DNA of 64,000 nucleotides from Candidatus Makaraimicrobium thalassicum (GCA_003644505.1 QNCM01000002.1:4414-68413), one strand, 5' to 3'; positions 15,001 to 20,406 are shown, counted from the stretch's first letter. Notes: generated by a model from the sequence alone, not told the origin. Numbers and translations: made by a program.

Positions 15001-18000
15001 GAAAGGAAGAAAAAGAAAAAAAGGAAACGAGCTGCCGCGGCAGAACCGGAAATACCCGGGGAAATAAAAAGCCGGAGAGATGTTAAAGTCATTAAAAGAC
15101 AGGTGTTCCTTTCCAGGGAAGCCGTTGATGTGTTAACAAAAAAGAAGACGGTATCAAAGAAGGATCGGGAGAACATACTGGTAACCGTCAAAACCGTCAG
15201 CCAGGTGCCGGACAGGGAGATGCTGAAGAAGCTGCATCTGAACCTGCACGGCAGTCTCTTTAGCAGGAAGGTCGGCAAGTTAAACGTAATATTTACCATT
15301 ATGGACGACGAAAGTATATTGGTCCTTCGGGTGGGCAAGCTGGCTAAAACAGCGCATAAGAAAATGATCAACTTGTTCCCTGAACACTTTGATTACAGGT
15401 CGATCCTGAAGAATGCCGTAAGAATAGAGGATCTTGAGAAAAAGCCCCTGCCCCGGAAGGAAAGGCCCACCATGAAAGCGCCGGGTTCTTTATCAATGGA
15501 TGAGGACCGCCGTGTCGATAAACAATATATTACGGGCCTCGTCTCAAAGGCCACGGAAAGGACAGGGGAAGTCAGTATTCCGGATGCGGCGGATTATATC
15601 AACCGGCACGCCCCGCCGCTAAAGGCCGCGAATGTCGAACCCGGCGGGATACGGATATTTACCGTGGACAGCCTCGGGGATAAGATGGGCATCCCGCGGT
15701 TCAAGGGCGCGGAAAAAGCGTCTGATCTTGTTTACGCGTACGGAGTATTTAATGAACAGGAAGATGCCCTTAAGATATACGTAACCAGAGGGTATTTTGA
15801 TACGCATTTAAAAGGCGATGTTTTAGCTCTGGCCGAGATCATAGACCATGAATATACGGAGAATGTTCTTGGCTATTCCCACCGCGTGGCAGCCTCACGT
15901 TCCCGCAGATTCGTTCCAAAAGGCGGTTTTTTGAGTCCTTTCCATTATTTTTATATCAACCGGATAATATCCGAAGGCGATTATTCTTTGGCGAACTCTT
16001 TCGTGCCGGGAAGGAGCGCCTCCGAGGATGTCATAAAAGCCTATAAAGGGGACAAAGACGCGATCGGGGAGATCGAGTCGTATGAAAGGTTGTTTTTCAG
16101 GTACCTGCTCCTTTCAGAATGGCTCAGGAAAGCGGACGCGGAGAAAGATCATAACATATTAGTAGCCGAATATGCCTCGAGAGCACATGAGATACTGGAA
16201 AGCGCTCCGGAGATAGTATTGACTGAAGAGCAGAGCCGGATATATAAAGAAATATCCCCTGAAAGGTTTCGTGTCCGCGAGTATGAAAACGCGCGAAAGG
16301 GTTTTAAACCATTATCCGGCAAAAGTGAAGAGGATGATGTCGGCCGGCATCGCGGGGAAAAGCCCTTGGCGGGAGAGACCGTTGACCGGTTCGCTTACCG
16401 TATGCCCCGAAGAATGTCTGAGATACTCGAGAAAAGGATAGAAGAAGCTGCCGCTGAACAGAAGATCTCCGATGAAGATTATGGACGGTTCTTAAGACAC
16501 GGATTGGCATGGATAGACAAAGGGCCAAAGGAGCATTTCGAACATAGTCTTAAGATTTATTTTCTTGCCACGGAAGTCATGAACACGGGCCTGTCCGCGG
16601 ATAATCAAATAAAAGGTCACAGACAAATAATGAAACACATCAAGCTTTATTTAAGAACGCGGTATGTGATCGGAAAGTTTAAAGGGAAATATGGTTATGA
16701 CGCTGTAAAACAGGTAATGGCGCGGCTCAGGGATTACCCCCGATATACCCGTCTTCTTGAGTTTTACCGTAATCAGTACGGGGAGTTTGTGGGCAAAGAC
16801 GGGGAAGAAGACGAAGAAGCCCTGATTGGGGACCTGCTCGGCCGTTTTGTGGCCAACAGAGCATTAGGCGCCGGGACAGTTGAACTTCTGGATGAAAACG
16901 GAATGGTCAGAAGACTGGAAGACTTTTGGCCTCTTGCTTCATGTGTTATCAAGAACGGGCTGGGGATGCTGGAAAATGAGCTTGATAAGGACAAGGATGT
17001 AATTTTTAATAAAGACATGCAGCTTAAGGCCAAATATAAAACGGCAAAAGACGAACAGGAGCAGCTTGAAAAGCGGATATTTCAGCTCTTGAACAAAGCC
17101 CCCTGCACGAAAAAGGAACTGGCAGAGGTCATACGTATTTTAGATCCGGAGGCTGAAACTCGCCTGGGGGGTGAGGAGGAATTGGAAGCATTTTTAGAGG
17201 AAGATATCGACATCATAGCCAGACACCTGAGATCATTCGGCTACAGCGCCCTTGACCGGCCTGTTCTGACGAAAGCCTTTGTTTTTCTTGAAAATAAGCT
17301 TATGACGGCAGCTTCTTTTGATATATTCTTAAGAGTCGTCGGGTTTCTTGACCGTAAAAATATGATTGACGCTACTCTTGAGGCGGGCATAACTTTTGAA
17401 AGCGCTCTTATTTCGCATATGCGTGACTTGAACGGAGCTGGACGTTTAAAAAACAGGCTGAGAAGTTTAACTGCCGCCAGCGGCCTGTCTGTAGGGCAGG
17501 CCGCGGAAGAGGTCGGTTGTTCCGTTGCTGCGATGCTCAGATGGCGGATCGGCGAATACGATCCTCTACCAAGATATCTGCCCAGAATGGCAGAGGTGTT
17601 CAGCGGGAGGACAGGGGAGCCGGTATCGACTTCAGTGCTGGTATACGGCGAACCGTTGAACGATGTGCTGCAAAGGACATCTACTTTCGGCGAACGGCTG
17701 TTCATTCTGGCCAGGCTTTCCGGACTGGGCCAGGAAGGGGTAGGCAGAATAATAGGACGGAAAGGCGCGACCATAGGAAGATGGACGCGCGAGGTTTATA
17801 TGCCGAAGGAGGAACCGGATTATTTTAAATTAGCCGGGTTATTCAGTAAACGTTTAAAAAAGAAGATTGATGTGGCGACCCTGATATCCGGCATAAGCCT
17901 GGATAAATTCCTGCGCAGAGAGAGAGTAATGTCCCCGAAAGGCGGCGGGGATATCCAGGTTACCCCGGGGCTCAGGATCAAGGTTTTAAGGATGTCATGC

Positions 18001-20388
18001 GGCCTTACGACGGGAGACTTCGCTTGGCAGGTCGGTGTTTCGCGCGGGACAAGCGTTCTGGTGGATAGATGGCAGAGAGATGAAGCAGTGCCTCTGGCCG
18101 GGCGTTTAGCAAAAATGACCCGGATATTCAGCAGTGTAAAAGAGGATATAGAGGTCACGCATATTCTTTACGGAAAGCCCCTTGACGCGTTTTTATCAGA
18201 GTCGCACAGTTTCGGCGAAAGGGTCGAGACCGTCCGGCTGGCTTCAGGATTGACTAATGATCAGATGTCGAAAGCCCTGAAAGTTAATCCTGAGAGCTTG
18301 CGTAACTGGAGAAAACAGGCATATCCCGGCGTGATTGGAGACAGGAAAGTGGCGTTACTGGATGTTTATCACAGACAAACCGGCAGATATCTGGATGGAT
18401 GCCTGCTTTTTTACGGGAAGGCCTTGAATACGCTTTTGGACGAACTTGACAGGTCAAAAGGCTTTCAAATGATCAGATATTTCAGGCTTTCCGCGGGGTT
18501 GAGCCTAAAAGAGGTAAGTGACAGTTTAGGCGTTGGTGTGAAAACCGTAAAGTCTTGGGAGGAGGGGCTGCGGCTGCCTTACAGAGAAGACATGCTCAGT
18601 TTTGTCGAATTGTTCGAAGAAGTTCTTACTGCCAGGGGCAAAGACATAAGAGTAAAGATGATAAAAGACTATTTTGAGCCGTTACTGGTTGTCTCGCTGG
18701 ACTCTGCCGATGTAATCGCCGGCCCGCATCGCGGGAAAACCCCGAAAGAGAACTTAAGATCGCTGAAACGCGGACATGCAGACCTTCCTGAAAAGGCAGT
18801 GAGTGCGGTTAGAGGCAGTATTCCTGGAGGGCTTTCACGGACTCAGGACGAGGTAGCTCTGGAGGCCGTCGGGCCTGCCGGAGCGGCCGATGCCGCAGGG
18901 AAGGCATTGGGAGGGGCATATTTCAGTGGAAAGGACGCAGACGTTAAAAAAGGTATTAAAGGAAGATACTCCAAATACGCCGGCTCGGAAACATATATCG
19001 GGGATAAGGAAACTCTTTATATCAGCGCGTTGTCTACTCCTTTTGAGGGTGGATTACGCAAACGCCTTGCCGGAATAATTTTAGGTGAAACAGGCAGTGA
19101 TGCGCGCGTTCTGTCGGTTGGAGTGGGGACTGGTATCTTTGAGCACGAACTGGTGAAAGCCGGATGTGATGTTACAGGGGTGGATATCACGCCTGAGGTC
19201 TTAAAACGCGCCGAGGAAAGGGGAATAAGCACGATCGAAGCTGACGCAAGCGATCCGGCGTTCTGGATGGATACTGGACGAAAGCAGCGGTTTGATGCCG
19301 TGCTGTTTGTCGAGTCAATGCCGGATTTTGAGCCGGATAGTATTTTTGATATGGCAAAGCAGGTCCTGACTCCCGGAGGCCGGATATATGTTTTAACGAG
19401 AGATGACAGGAAGCATCGCCGGGAAGAAGAGTATAAGAAAGCGCTCCAAAGGCAGGATTTTGAGATTTCGAGAGGATCGGGCACGGCGCATTTCGGGGAA
19501 TATGTACTGATGTGGATGATCTCGGCGCGGTTACTGGGCCAGGACACAGCGGATGACAGGACTGATGCGGAATCACCAGAACCCCGTGCCTCTGGACTTA
19601 ACATGCGGGTCAAAAAGATCGATGAAGATTCACCGCGCTGCGAAACCAGCCGGAGAATGAGATTTTTTGGTGCGGACACGGATATGAGGAGGACGGCTGA
19701 ACCGCCCGCGGAAATTTCCTGGGGCGGCGAAAGGATCATGGAGAACTCGAAAGCCGTCATACCCTGGCTTGTCCAGGCCATGATAGACGCTTCGGAGAAG
19801 ATCTCGGAAAAGGAAAAAAAAGAGAAGGTTGTCCTGCTTCTTGACACTGAACTGGCGGAGCTCGGAGGAAAAGAGGCCGGGAAGGAGATAGAAAGGCTTA
19901 TTCGTCTGCTCGCGGCCGTGAAGAGCAATAACAACGACCTTAAGCGATTCCTGAAGAACCTTGAGATAGTAAAGGGCAAAGGCAGGGAGCTTTTGAATAA
20001 AAGAGGCACGGAAAAGGCGGAAAACATCATCGTGGTGACGAAGAGTTCCAATGTGGGGTATTTTAAAAGCCTCGAAGGCAGCGCGGTCATAGCGGCTGTT
20101 GATGATAAGGAATTCCCGAATACCGCGTACCTGCCGCTGCTGGAGGTCACCCTTTTCGCGATAGGCAAACATCTCGGATGGAGCGGGGACGTTCTTCTCG
20201 AACATTACAGGAACATACCGAATGCCGTTCCTGCCGAAGAGCTCAGTGAAAAAGACTTTAACAGGCTTTTCAGGACAGATATGAGGAACATGGTCATAAG
20301 GCTGATACCTGACGCTGCCAGGTTCGATACAGAGAAGGAACTGGTGGAAATGATGGCGCGCGTAAGAAAAATTCTCACAAAGGCGTAA
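1..20388 (+). CDS. Giant multidomain protein, at least 6,792 aa, probably 5'-truncated by the window edge. It carries an ICMT-like methyltransferase, a uridine-kinase-like kinase, TPR, a coiled coil, duplicated HTH/RelE-like modules and a SAM methyltransferase.
   Basis: One stop-free frame runs from nt 1 to the TAA at 20386-20388. The first ATG is at 10 but the frame is open upstream. A 20-kb open frame cannot occur by chance at ~50% GC. Recognisable domain motifs occur along its whole length (see the sub-features below). All minus-strand ORFs inside it are short, low-complexity shadows. Confidence 0.8.
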   Translation, partial: SISMLWQGVVWAEPDAFSKHTLQPQTLFTRPGLQDTFLMLASGYLGVYLNGIENDPRNQNVARIRSLVNSALAQIRDSEDIPPEFKKTIPHNVKLRQQKSAVIMDMGQYKIRYFNHRIPGSEIPSTEESGISYEVLQTYVGRYLSRQILIQKALSSPPHSDVSGKAVVGTTPEPEEIPEEIVETVQEPEGDLSKSPEDSEALREISDKKWKRALRWNGIYLACYCFIQLGIILSGWAGAEIVSQPVLGSSEGYISGALALTSLGLWMWARSYHPWRETAGVTPQILVVSGPYRYLRHPVYSAMLMISASCSVFVYGQLGIIVSAPLFVLNGVVFVLFNSLARSEEEELTVRFGEEYRRILRRTYSWLPRLFPQAHPGSGPSAGTGYSEKDFISDDEKKERGAGEQRTGRIEKFDLVSGLKELSGSVANLLQEKELVVIAMTGNRGAGKTTVSKLLGQGFAGARKEEILVIEQDAIHNLRKIAEERQEVFNDGVKRDGAGKKIIIVEGFYASENFGPKSVLKTPDVLVILEADEKIRQRRVAERIGSKAWLAQLATVIMDGDKEPVYPEAEYQLNITNNIPLQIIKDDIENVLRPGWAKKDVSVSEPEDRWYSIFPKIYKKLSGLIRRNLMPLYAEADYAIEYLEKYGWSVPAFSNPASVSSAEHGLVLLSLALCAGAIKTVGRRPQLEKARRLLNEQKYDEVKQICGRLREPLKRKKNKEDYVECLNLLGFAYNGNKEFSKAGEIFKEAIAEGVKARVGQATISIFFRQNIYSKAMSLFYEKGDVQGAVSVLEQGKKDMPYDTTLSSLLGEMYYEAGDMASAEEILLKVLDELPEDEKDQRGVAYYRLGMVSLENGDVRQAEERFYLALERRPDSADVYHMLGWCESMRGEYEAARTEFQRARELGVSAGRTAQGFMVACIQEEKFGEAIDELRRALEADAEDPNIYRLLLNNLPGKERLKQAFGVIFSLSDNELFKTAMKGLKAYYQNPKTGEDITAVLAEVLRELRGSADDVVASRASSACAELDAGLSDRLAILAIEAANKGDLAAAERYFDKAEGSDPRNVNVLHPLGDFLISIERYEEGIKRLEQAKGLIEDVNTPYGLDLVRDLRDAYVRYEKNLLKNGKIIQAGSLFRKALITAIEIDKRKDKEGEDSKELYEFLIDFVATLEGSPEGIEQGVAVLKELLPIAAEKSLSADLINFGLGKLYYEKSKMEEVFGNPETLVHLDQAVQATGKKDEYAALAAFHIRRQRGYIYLSSYDYRRAKQDFDICLQQQKVSEEMMAPVRIVASVIDEASGNHSGVIKRLNDVDEDLIPASHQVILNKLLGDAYYGIGDLDRALKFYQEALSKERTLFNPVIRVRLGRVYRDIGEPEKAVESCELALKEAMEDMDMVPAKGREDIESWIQNLGSNRDRIPVFNIQPLSEVLISMGALDVFSEKEISGKSLFDMGVELGRQEVEARKAFSNKVPDADIDLFAGIRKEVLLALAGEALQSENHAFWGEIIEALGKTGGEDIVDYLLDKLELPFLKGEKGLEPLQNFLRALLWTRESRAWEQVDRVMAGQDKRSRKKIAKAITRLKKELGRDEERSRKAEEAEKARKAREAEEAERLRKEREEKKAEKAREAKEKKARQKAYRAVPPAVMEILGPEQVDAIIDEAIQQGESEETDVTLTIMAVDALSDRYIKYHRLIGEQRDELAERLRRERISLPEFLRTLDDEAPATGWKQTVEVSAGELYLVEFGTWKKYEGLGSEGFEPEVILEVRSPEIDRESLSAYQERLKEALVESGIYRRWSEAELETLGGNLYPGTEEDQGAYDDRWDGIMDFFAGLFTEISTEIEVKEKDTPTAPEKTTMKAPGSLSMDEDRRIDKQYITGLVSKATERTWEVNIPAAADYINRHAPPLKTAHVEPGGIRIFTVDSLGDKLGIPRFKGAEKAPDLVYAYGVFDEEEDDLKIYATEAYFDAHLKDDILALAEIIDHEYTENVLGYSHRAAASRSRKFVPEGGFLSPFHYFYINRIIEEGDYLLAGSLVPERDASDDIVEANKGDKDAAGKIQSYEKLFFSYLRLLEWLSKADKEKNHDVLAEYALRAYKILERYPEIILTEGQKEIYQRISPERFYIHEYESAKKVSMPLSEFPFDEFEHYGENTVFLGSKFGSRGGLYCKGKKKPLIRITEHPGRKIAFNLKNGDIYRIWILDDGDNVIDFRQMGQIYETDGRFRKRFYYKITRSQFNELGDCIIKEHRLDAAGTLHIGGRVVRFGAYYANCKVEIKVRSGQIDSVWIFDEHGLPVKKADFVLIFDCNGISKAGTNQIPRFASLTRDDRKLSSRAREPEATESRDLSSKRGWLKGSFYRNLTRNELEKLDNVTLKRLRLNSRGARYLGGSKDPVPYFPRHPNAEVEIDMIQGHIDKVRILGSDGEVVEEHIFKLVYDEEGRITCSFHKDMAEDDFEKITGRITRLKTGGGGHLRAGTAALGTFTGHKNCPAEAEIERGIPKVIRFYEDMETRKPAGKPVRYSLIYDAGGRLIDSFRKQYSKAAGERLKKATVKEFYLNKGASLKFGERYWATFDRKEYGGRKIEFDVTDGIVTEVRIFDRQGENIEKTCPFSLVYEIGGKGKEKLVDSFWTAYGPEKFEKLTNHVIRTLKLSKYGALDIGGRVGRNKNMPRAKFPGNPGAEVVVYVKEGEVIRVTDIAGDELEGTYFGRDKTGASGESNLDRRYGQGPLAAGTVDRSAYRMPKKPFEILKEKIKEAVSKGEIPDGDHERFLSHGLAWTDKGARVHFIRNSKIYTLAMEAMNTGSGAGDQIKDYHDLMGYINLYLRTKYIIKRFRREYKYDIVKQVILRLKDYPRYIRLLEFYRDQYGKFAGEDRKGDEEALLEDMISRFVASRALGGGAVELLDEKGMNRSLDDFWPLASCVIKDGLWMFENELDKIKDIIFKENAQLKDEYKTAKEKQERLKKRIFQLLNEASPTVKQLIEIIRILDPQAEARSRAQEDASAFEGYLKEDMVIIAGYLRSSGYDVLDQAVLKKAFVSLKGKLMVIDSFDMFVRAVGGLDRRNMIDAVFEGSINFESALVSHMRGLNGTRNMGSRLRSLTAASGLSSDQAAEEIGCSPSTMRAWRTDESDPLPGYPPKIADVFSRRLGEPVSTSLLVYGQPLNDVLQKTATFGERLFILARLSGLDADETGKMIGRDGQTIGSWTREFNTPQQELDYLKLAGIFSKRLKEKIEVTTLMSGISLDEFLCSEKVKAPNGGGEIQVTPGLRIRVLRLSCGLTTTELAEKAGVPHGTRSLVNKWEREGVLPRVDRLLKLSRIFGKVKKDIEVTHILYGKSLVKFLSKSDSFGERVESIRLALGLELKQMAEAMGIHLATLRVWRKRVDPPANDKPITLLDVYHRETGKYLDGCLLFYGKTLNTLLDELDRSKAPEIIKYFRISAGLSRKEVSDKLGVDENTVWQWESGVTLPHRSNMVALTGMFKELFASRDNGISVRIVAEHLVPLLLIPPGHTDRGPALFVDPATGDVRALKGEPDAPGMISEHKAINLVCDELVFKRQRPPLAAGDPLYDFVSEVAPETDIYVIDDAALKQGLEKLARKNNQPGLAGLAGGLITHAGTWRDPETGRIRALNMFIPASVYELLLGFLQRRHLMEQVVPLLGFWRAHEIGHLIDREYDLDDELPEGAEDMARLILLLSKAQWAMEKGRLKQAQKYADTALELHPGFDFTLDLRLRIEESGYGMSGVRVSMMAVLDANMRDKAMIIRRHPPEDNVLDTLAGKAGKDSKRLSQVIQVILQQAFETIKRGGPALAEFLDDLKIRGAGIEQGLSDPEEEIALERGIAEGGMQDIGDYVVLPVVCRYITRALEQSPKLTWQMSVVEKLMDLAGKGRIGSKTEVYHEESGYRTSLLSYIYYLGARAYMAANLNKAVMYFEKSTQQDRPMPVSFTGLALSLVESDRTEGSFERAYQVLGQARDNFGDLAVIAEAEGILHAEQEKTALALREARELFKSGNYVACRQRIEEETKRLHSTSLFPSFKKFEGKGGLGRLVSGRTGSAAVSPLLTELNARNETLLRLKYRARQNLSMGDYDQAERRFREVLDQNPSDSEIEQLLLDISRKREEAQEKRTAEELGLFAECLKKAEGQLSSGDREVSDGRLESAEEYYKKALLELERAPQVEMSAVRVDEKMREAIRRIDSIGKEIAEKIRDIQAERQSRAGETGVIFSGDVAGAFDKALYPPEGKITVPPIPGSAQRIILEAVRKVSEGDERDVRDIPSRGDVWVCLAGIYRIVFTLTDSGDIFVVWVGSKDTAKYKKVLAPLPEGFDPEKMLDRAVRIEDIGSGAPARPVRAQAKNKPGGPALFVDPVTRQMRALKDEPDAAGMISEHEAVNMVCDELVFKQKRQPLSAGDPLYDFFSELVPDTDIYVIDDAALKQALERLAKKNSQPGLASLAEGLITHVGTWRDPATGRQRAQNMFIPDSVYGFLVKLLKKRDWFPDAGILLEFWRLHERIHFLLREIDIDGMIASGESQEMAELVLLLSRAERALEKGMLEEASEYAKKAIEVNTNLAVTLELNGRISEVRKDWDEAFQDYLIALAAANLQSKEITIGHPLESRVLNMLKKITTASPKKVFRGVMDQVEFLKSLGQTSPVSDEDRERHIITYFGILPVTCRYATPPLQIKPAQWDLTMTRFQVAVADRLLELLKEGKIVDPMDGGESGRLLSYIYYLAGEASRSAGDIDQAVAYFRESVRYDEPFSRSPAALAVSLAHRDGTPGSVEEAYQVLSSAEEQFGPLDVFSSAREYVRETEEWILVHEEALELFRRCDYEACQRCITEARRKKGETALPAPLSVSLENLRKSARLADRLKNRGIESFKNQDYMAAEKCFEAVLEENPADEEVMGLRARIREIKEERQKKTTAADTADKRDQATEKCYLAVQKFRLIAERQENAGRLSRASKNYRKALAELEEVPPFYTAIGQIRRQIEKKLAAIKGLPDKTVRKGEKSGPQERKKKKKRKRAAAAEPEIPGEIKSRRDVKVIKRQVFLSREAVDVLTKKKTVSKKDRENILVTVKTVSQVPDREMLKKLHLNLHGSLFSRKVGKLNVIFTIMDDESILVLRVGKLAKTAHKKMINLFPEHFDYRSILKNAVRIEDLEKKPLPRKERPTMKAPGSLSMDEDRRVDKQYITGLVSKATERTGEVSIPDAADYINRHAPPLKAANVEPGGIRIFTVDSLGDKMGIPRFKGAEKASDLVYAYGVFNEQEDALKIYVTRGYFDTHLKGDVLALAEIIDHEYTENVLGYSHRVAASRSRRFVPKGGFLSPFHYFYINRIISEGDYSLANSFVPGRSASEDVIKAYKGDKDAIGEIESYERLFFRYLLLSEWLRKADAEKDHNILVAEYASRAHEILESAPEIVLTEEQSRIYKEISPERFRVREYENARKGFKPLSGKSEEDDVGRHRGEKPLAGETVDRFAYRMPRRMSEILEKRIEEAAAEQKISDEDYGRFLRHGLAWIDKGPKEHFEHSLKIYFLATEVMNTGLSADNQIKGHRQIMKHIKLYLRTRYVIGKFKGKYGYDAVKQVMARLRDYPRYTRLLEFYRNQYGEFVGKDGEEDEEALIGDLLGRFVANRALGAGTVELLDENGMVRRLEDFWPLASCVIKNGLGMLENELDKDKDVIFNKDMQLKAKYKTAKDEQEQLEKRIFQLLNKAPCTKKELAEVIRILDPEAETRLGGEEELEAFLEEDIDIIARHLRSFGYSALDRPVLTKAFVFLENKLMTAASFDIFLRVVGFLDRKNMIDATLEAGITFESALISHMRDLNGAGRLKNRLRSLTAASGLSVGQAAEEVGCSVAAMLRWRIGEYDPLPRYLPRMAEVFSGRTGEPVSTSVLVYGEPLNDVLQRTSTFGERLFILARLSGLGQEGVGRIIGRKGATIGRWTREVYMPKEEPDYFKLAGLFSKRLKKKIDVATLISGISLDKFLRRERVMSPKGGGDIQVTPGLRIKVLRMSCGLTTGDFAWQVGVSRGTSVLVDRWQRDEAVPLAGRLAKMTRIFSSVKEDIEVTHILYGKPLDAFLSESHSFGERVETVRLASGLTNDQMSKALKVNPESLRNWRKQAYPGVIGDRKVALLDVYHRQTGRYLDGCLLFYGKALNTLLDELDRSKGFQMIRYFRLSAGLSLKEVSDSLGVGVKTVKSWEEGLRLPYREDMLSFVELFEEVLTARGKDIRVKMIKDYFEPLLVVSLDSADVIAGPHRGKTPKENLRSLKRGHADLPEKAVSAVRGSIPGGLSRTQDEVALEAVGPAGAADAAGKALGGAYFSGKDADVKKGIKGRYSKYAGSETYIGDKETLYISALSTPFEGGLRKRLAGIILGETGSDARVLSVGVGTGIFEHELVKAGCDVTGVDITPEVLKRAEERGISTIEADASDPAFWMDTGRKQRFDAVLFVESMPDFEPDSIFDMAKQVLTPGGRIYVLTRDDRKHRREEEYKKALQRQDFEISRGSGTAHFGEYVLMWMISARLLGQDTADDRTDAESPEPRASGLNMRVKKIDEDSPRCETSRRMRFFGADTDMRRTAEPPAEISWGGERIMENSKAVIPWLVQAMIDASEKISEKEKKEKVVLLLDTELAELGGKEAGKEIERLIRLLAAVKSNNNDLKRFLKNLEIVKGKGRELLNKRGTEKAENIIVVTKSSNVGYFKSLEGSAVIAAVDDKEFPNTAYLPLLEVTLFAIGKHLGWSGDVLLEHYRNIPNAVPAEELSEKDFNRLFRTDMRNMVIRLIPDAARFDTEKELVEMMARVRKILTKA
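649..1113 (+). other. Isoprenylcysteine carboxyl methyltransferase (ICMT)/PEMT-like integral-membrane methyltransferase domain inside the giant protein
   Basis: Hydrophobic helices (NGIYLACYCFIQLGIILSGWAG..., LGIIVSAPLFVLNGVVFVLF) flank the ICMT signature LVVSGPYRYLRHPVYSAMLM. The C-terminal EEEELTVRFGEEYRRY motif is also present. Confidence 0.65.
1290..1700 (+). other. Uridine kinase / phosphoribulokinase-family P-loop kinase domain inside the giant protein
   Basis: Walker A is IAMTGNRGAGKTT, followed by IIIVEGFYA (Walker B-like). The family-typical DVLVILEADEKIRQRRVAERI stretch matches the Udk motif D..IFVD.D.D.RL.RRI.RD. Confidence 0.6.
2100..4140 (+). other. Long TPR/TPR-like helical repeat region
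   Basis: Repeated ~34-aa units with the W/L-G-Y-A-F-A-P pattern. One example is YYRLGMVSLENGDVRQAEERFYLALERRPDSADVYHMLGWCESMRGEYEAARTEFQRA. Many AxxxYxxAL units follow. Confidence 0.6.
4720..4915 (+). other. K/E/A/R-rich low-complexity predicted coiled-coil segment
   Basis: Translation reads RSRKAEEAEKARKAREAEEAERLRKEREEKKAEKAREAKEKKARQKA. The nucleotide sequence is a purine-rich gaa/aag run. Confidence 0.6.
5557..10495 (+). repeat. Segmental duplication copy A1 inside the giant CDS (includes a 1.7-kb copy-specific segment at ~6395-8165)
   Basis: The segment starting ACCATGAAAGCGCC at 5557 reappears at 15469 (offset ~9,912 nt). The first ~830 nt are roughly 85-90% identical at nucleotide level by eye (TMKAPGSLSMDEDRR[IV]DKQYITGLVSKATERT... 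in both). The second segment (8182-10495 versus 16381-18690, offset ~8,200) is about 75-80% identical. Confidence 0.8.
9250..10400 (+). other. Array of five ~87-aa units, each carrying an XRE/Cro-C1-type helix-turn-helix-like motif (in copy A1)
   Basis: Five successive matches to the XRE HTH pattern LRxxxGLSxxxLAxxxGVxxxTIxxWExGxxP. They are LRSLTAASGLSSDQAAEEIGCSPSTMRAWRTDESDPLP, LARLSGLDADETGKMIGRDGQTIGSWTRE, IRVLRLSCGLTTTELAEKAGVPHGTRSLVNKWEREGVLP, IRLALGLELKQMAEAMGIHLATLRVWRKR and FRISAGLSRKEVSDKLGVDENTVWQWESGVTLP. Each unit is preceded by a conserved [LV]L.YG..L......FGER block. Confidence 0.55.
10520..13045 (+). repeat. Tandem module B1 inside the giant CDS (conserved unknown PALFVDP domain, then TPR-like, then a RelE/ParE-like fold)
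   Basis: GGCCCGGCGCTTTTTGTCGATCC at 10522 recurs at 13048, a 2,526-nt period. The first ~600 nt are ~85% identical to B2 (GPALFVDPATGDVRALKGEPDAPGMISEH... versus GPALFVDPVTRQMRALKDEPDAAGMISEH...). The remainder is diverged but collinear (YIYYLGARAYMA... versus YIYYLAGEASRSA...). Confidence 0.75.
12720..12940 (+). other. RelE/ParE-type toxin-like fold embedded at the end of module B1
   Basis: SRGDVWVCLAGIYRIVFTLTDSGDIFVVWVGSKDTAKYKKV aligns position by position with the RelE C-terminal core CYKIKLRSSGYRLVYQVIDEKVVVFVISVGKRERSEVY. Confidence 0.45.
13046..15468 (+). repeat. Tandem module B2 inside the giant CDS
   Basis: Collinear paralogue of B1. It directly abuts A2, giving an A1-B1-B2-A2 order. 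Confidence 0.75.
15112..15380 (+). other. Second RelE/ParE-like fold at the end of module B2
   Basis: LHGSLFSRKVGKLNVIFTIMDDESILVLRVGKLAKTAHKKM fits the same R-[IV]-[IV]-[FY]-x-[IV]-x-D-x-x-[IV]-x-[IV]-L-R-[IV]-G-x-x-x-x-x-Y/H pattern. An N-terminal helical part (REAVDVLTKKKTVSKKDRENILVTVKTVSQVPD) precedes it. Confidence 0.4.
15469..18690 (+). repeat. Segmental duplication copy A2 inside the giant CDS
   Basis: Paralogous to 5557-10495 but lacks the ~1.7-kb middle segment. A 40-aa linker (GFKPLSGKSEEDDVGRHRGEKPLAGETVDRFAYRMPRR) replaces it. Confidence 0.8.
17450..18600 (+). other. Second array of five XRE-type HTH-like units (in copy A2)
   Basis: Examples include LRSLTAASGLSVGQAAEEVGCSVAAMLRWRIGEYDPLP, IKVLRMSCGLTTGDFAWQVGVSRGTSVLVDRWQRDEAVP and FRLSAGLSLKEVSDSLGVGVKTVKSWEEGLRLP. 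The array is collinear with the first one. Confidence 0.55.
19050..19410 (+). other. Class I SAM-dependent methyltransferase domain near the C-terminus of the giant protein
   Basis: Motif I is VLSVGVGTGIF and the post-I acidic loop is CDVTGVDITPEVL. Motif II is FDAVLFVESMPDF and motif III is LTPGGRIYV. Confidence 0.65.
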
Positions 20389-20406
20389 TCCGGTGAATGA
20401 GGAGCG

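Noticed and set aside
5632-15807. Paired minus-strand ORFs MRIKIGFGCVYLQVIFLFIKYSVRVNKIRRFFRALEPRDA... (5632-5895 and 15619-15807) that look conserved
   Set aside because: Their conservation is a by-product of the A1/A2 nucleotide duplication on the + strand. They have no independent coding signal.
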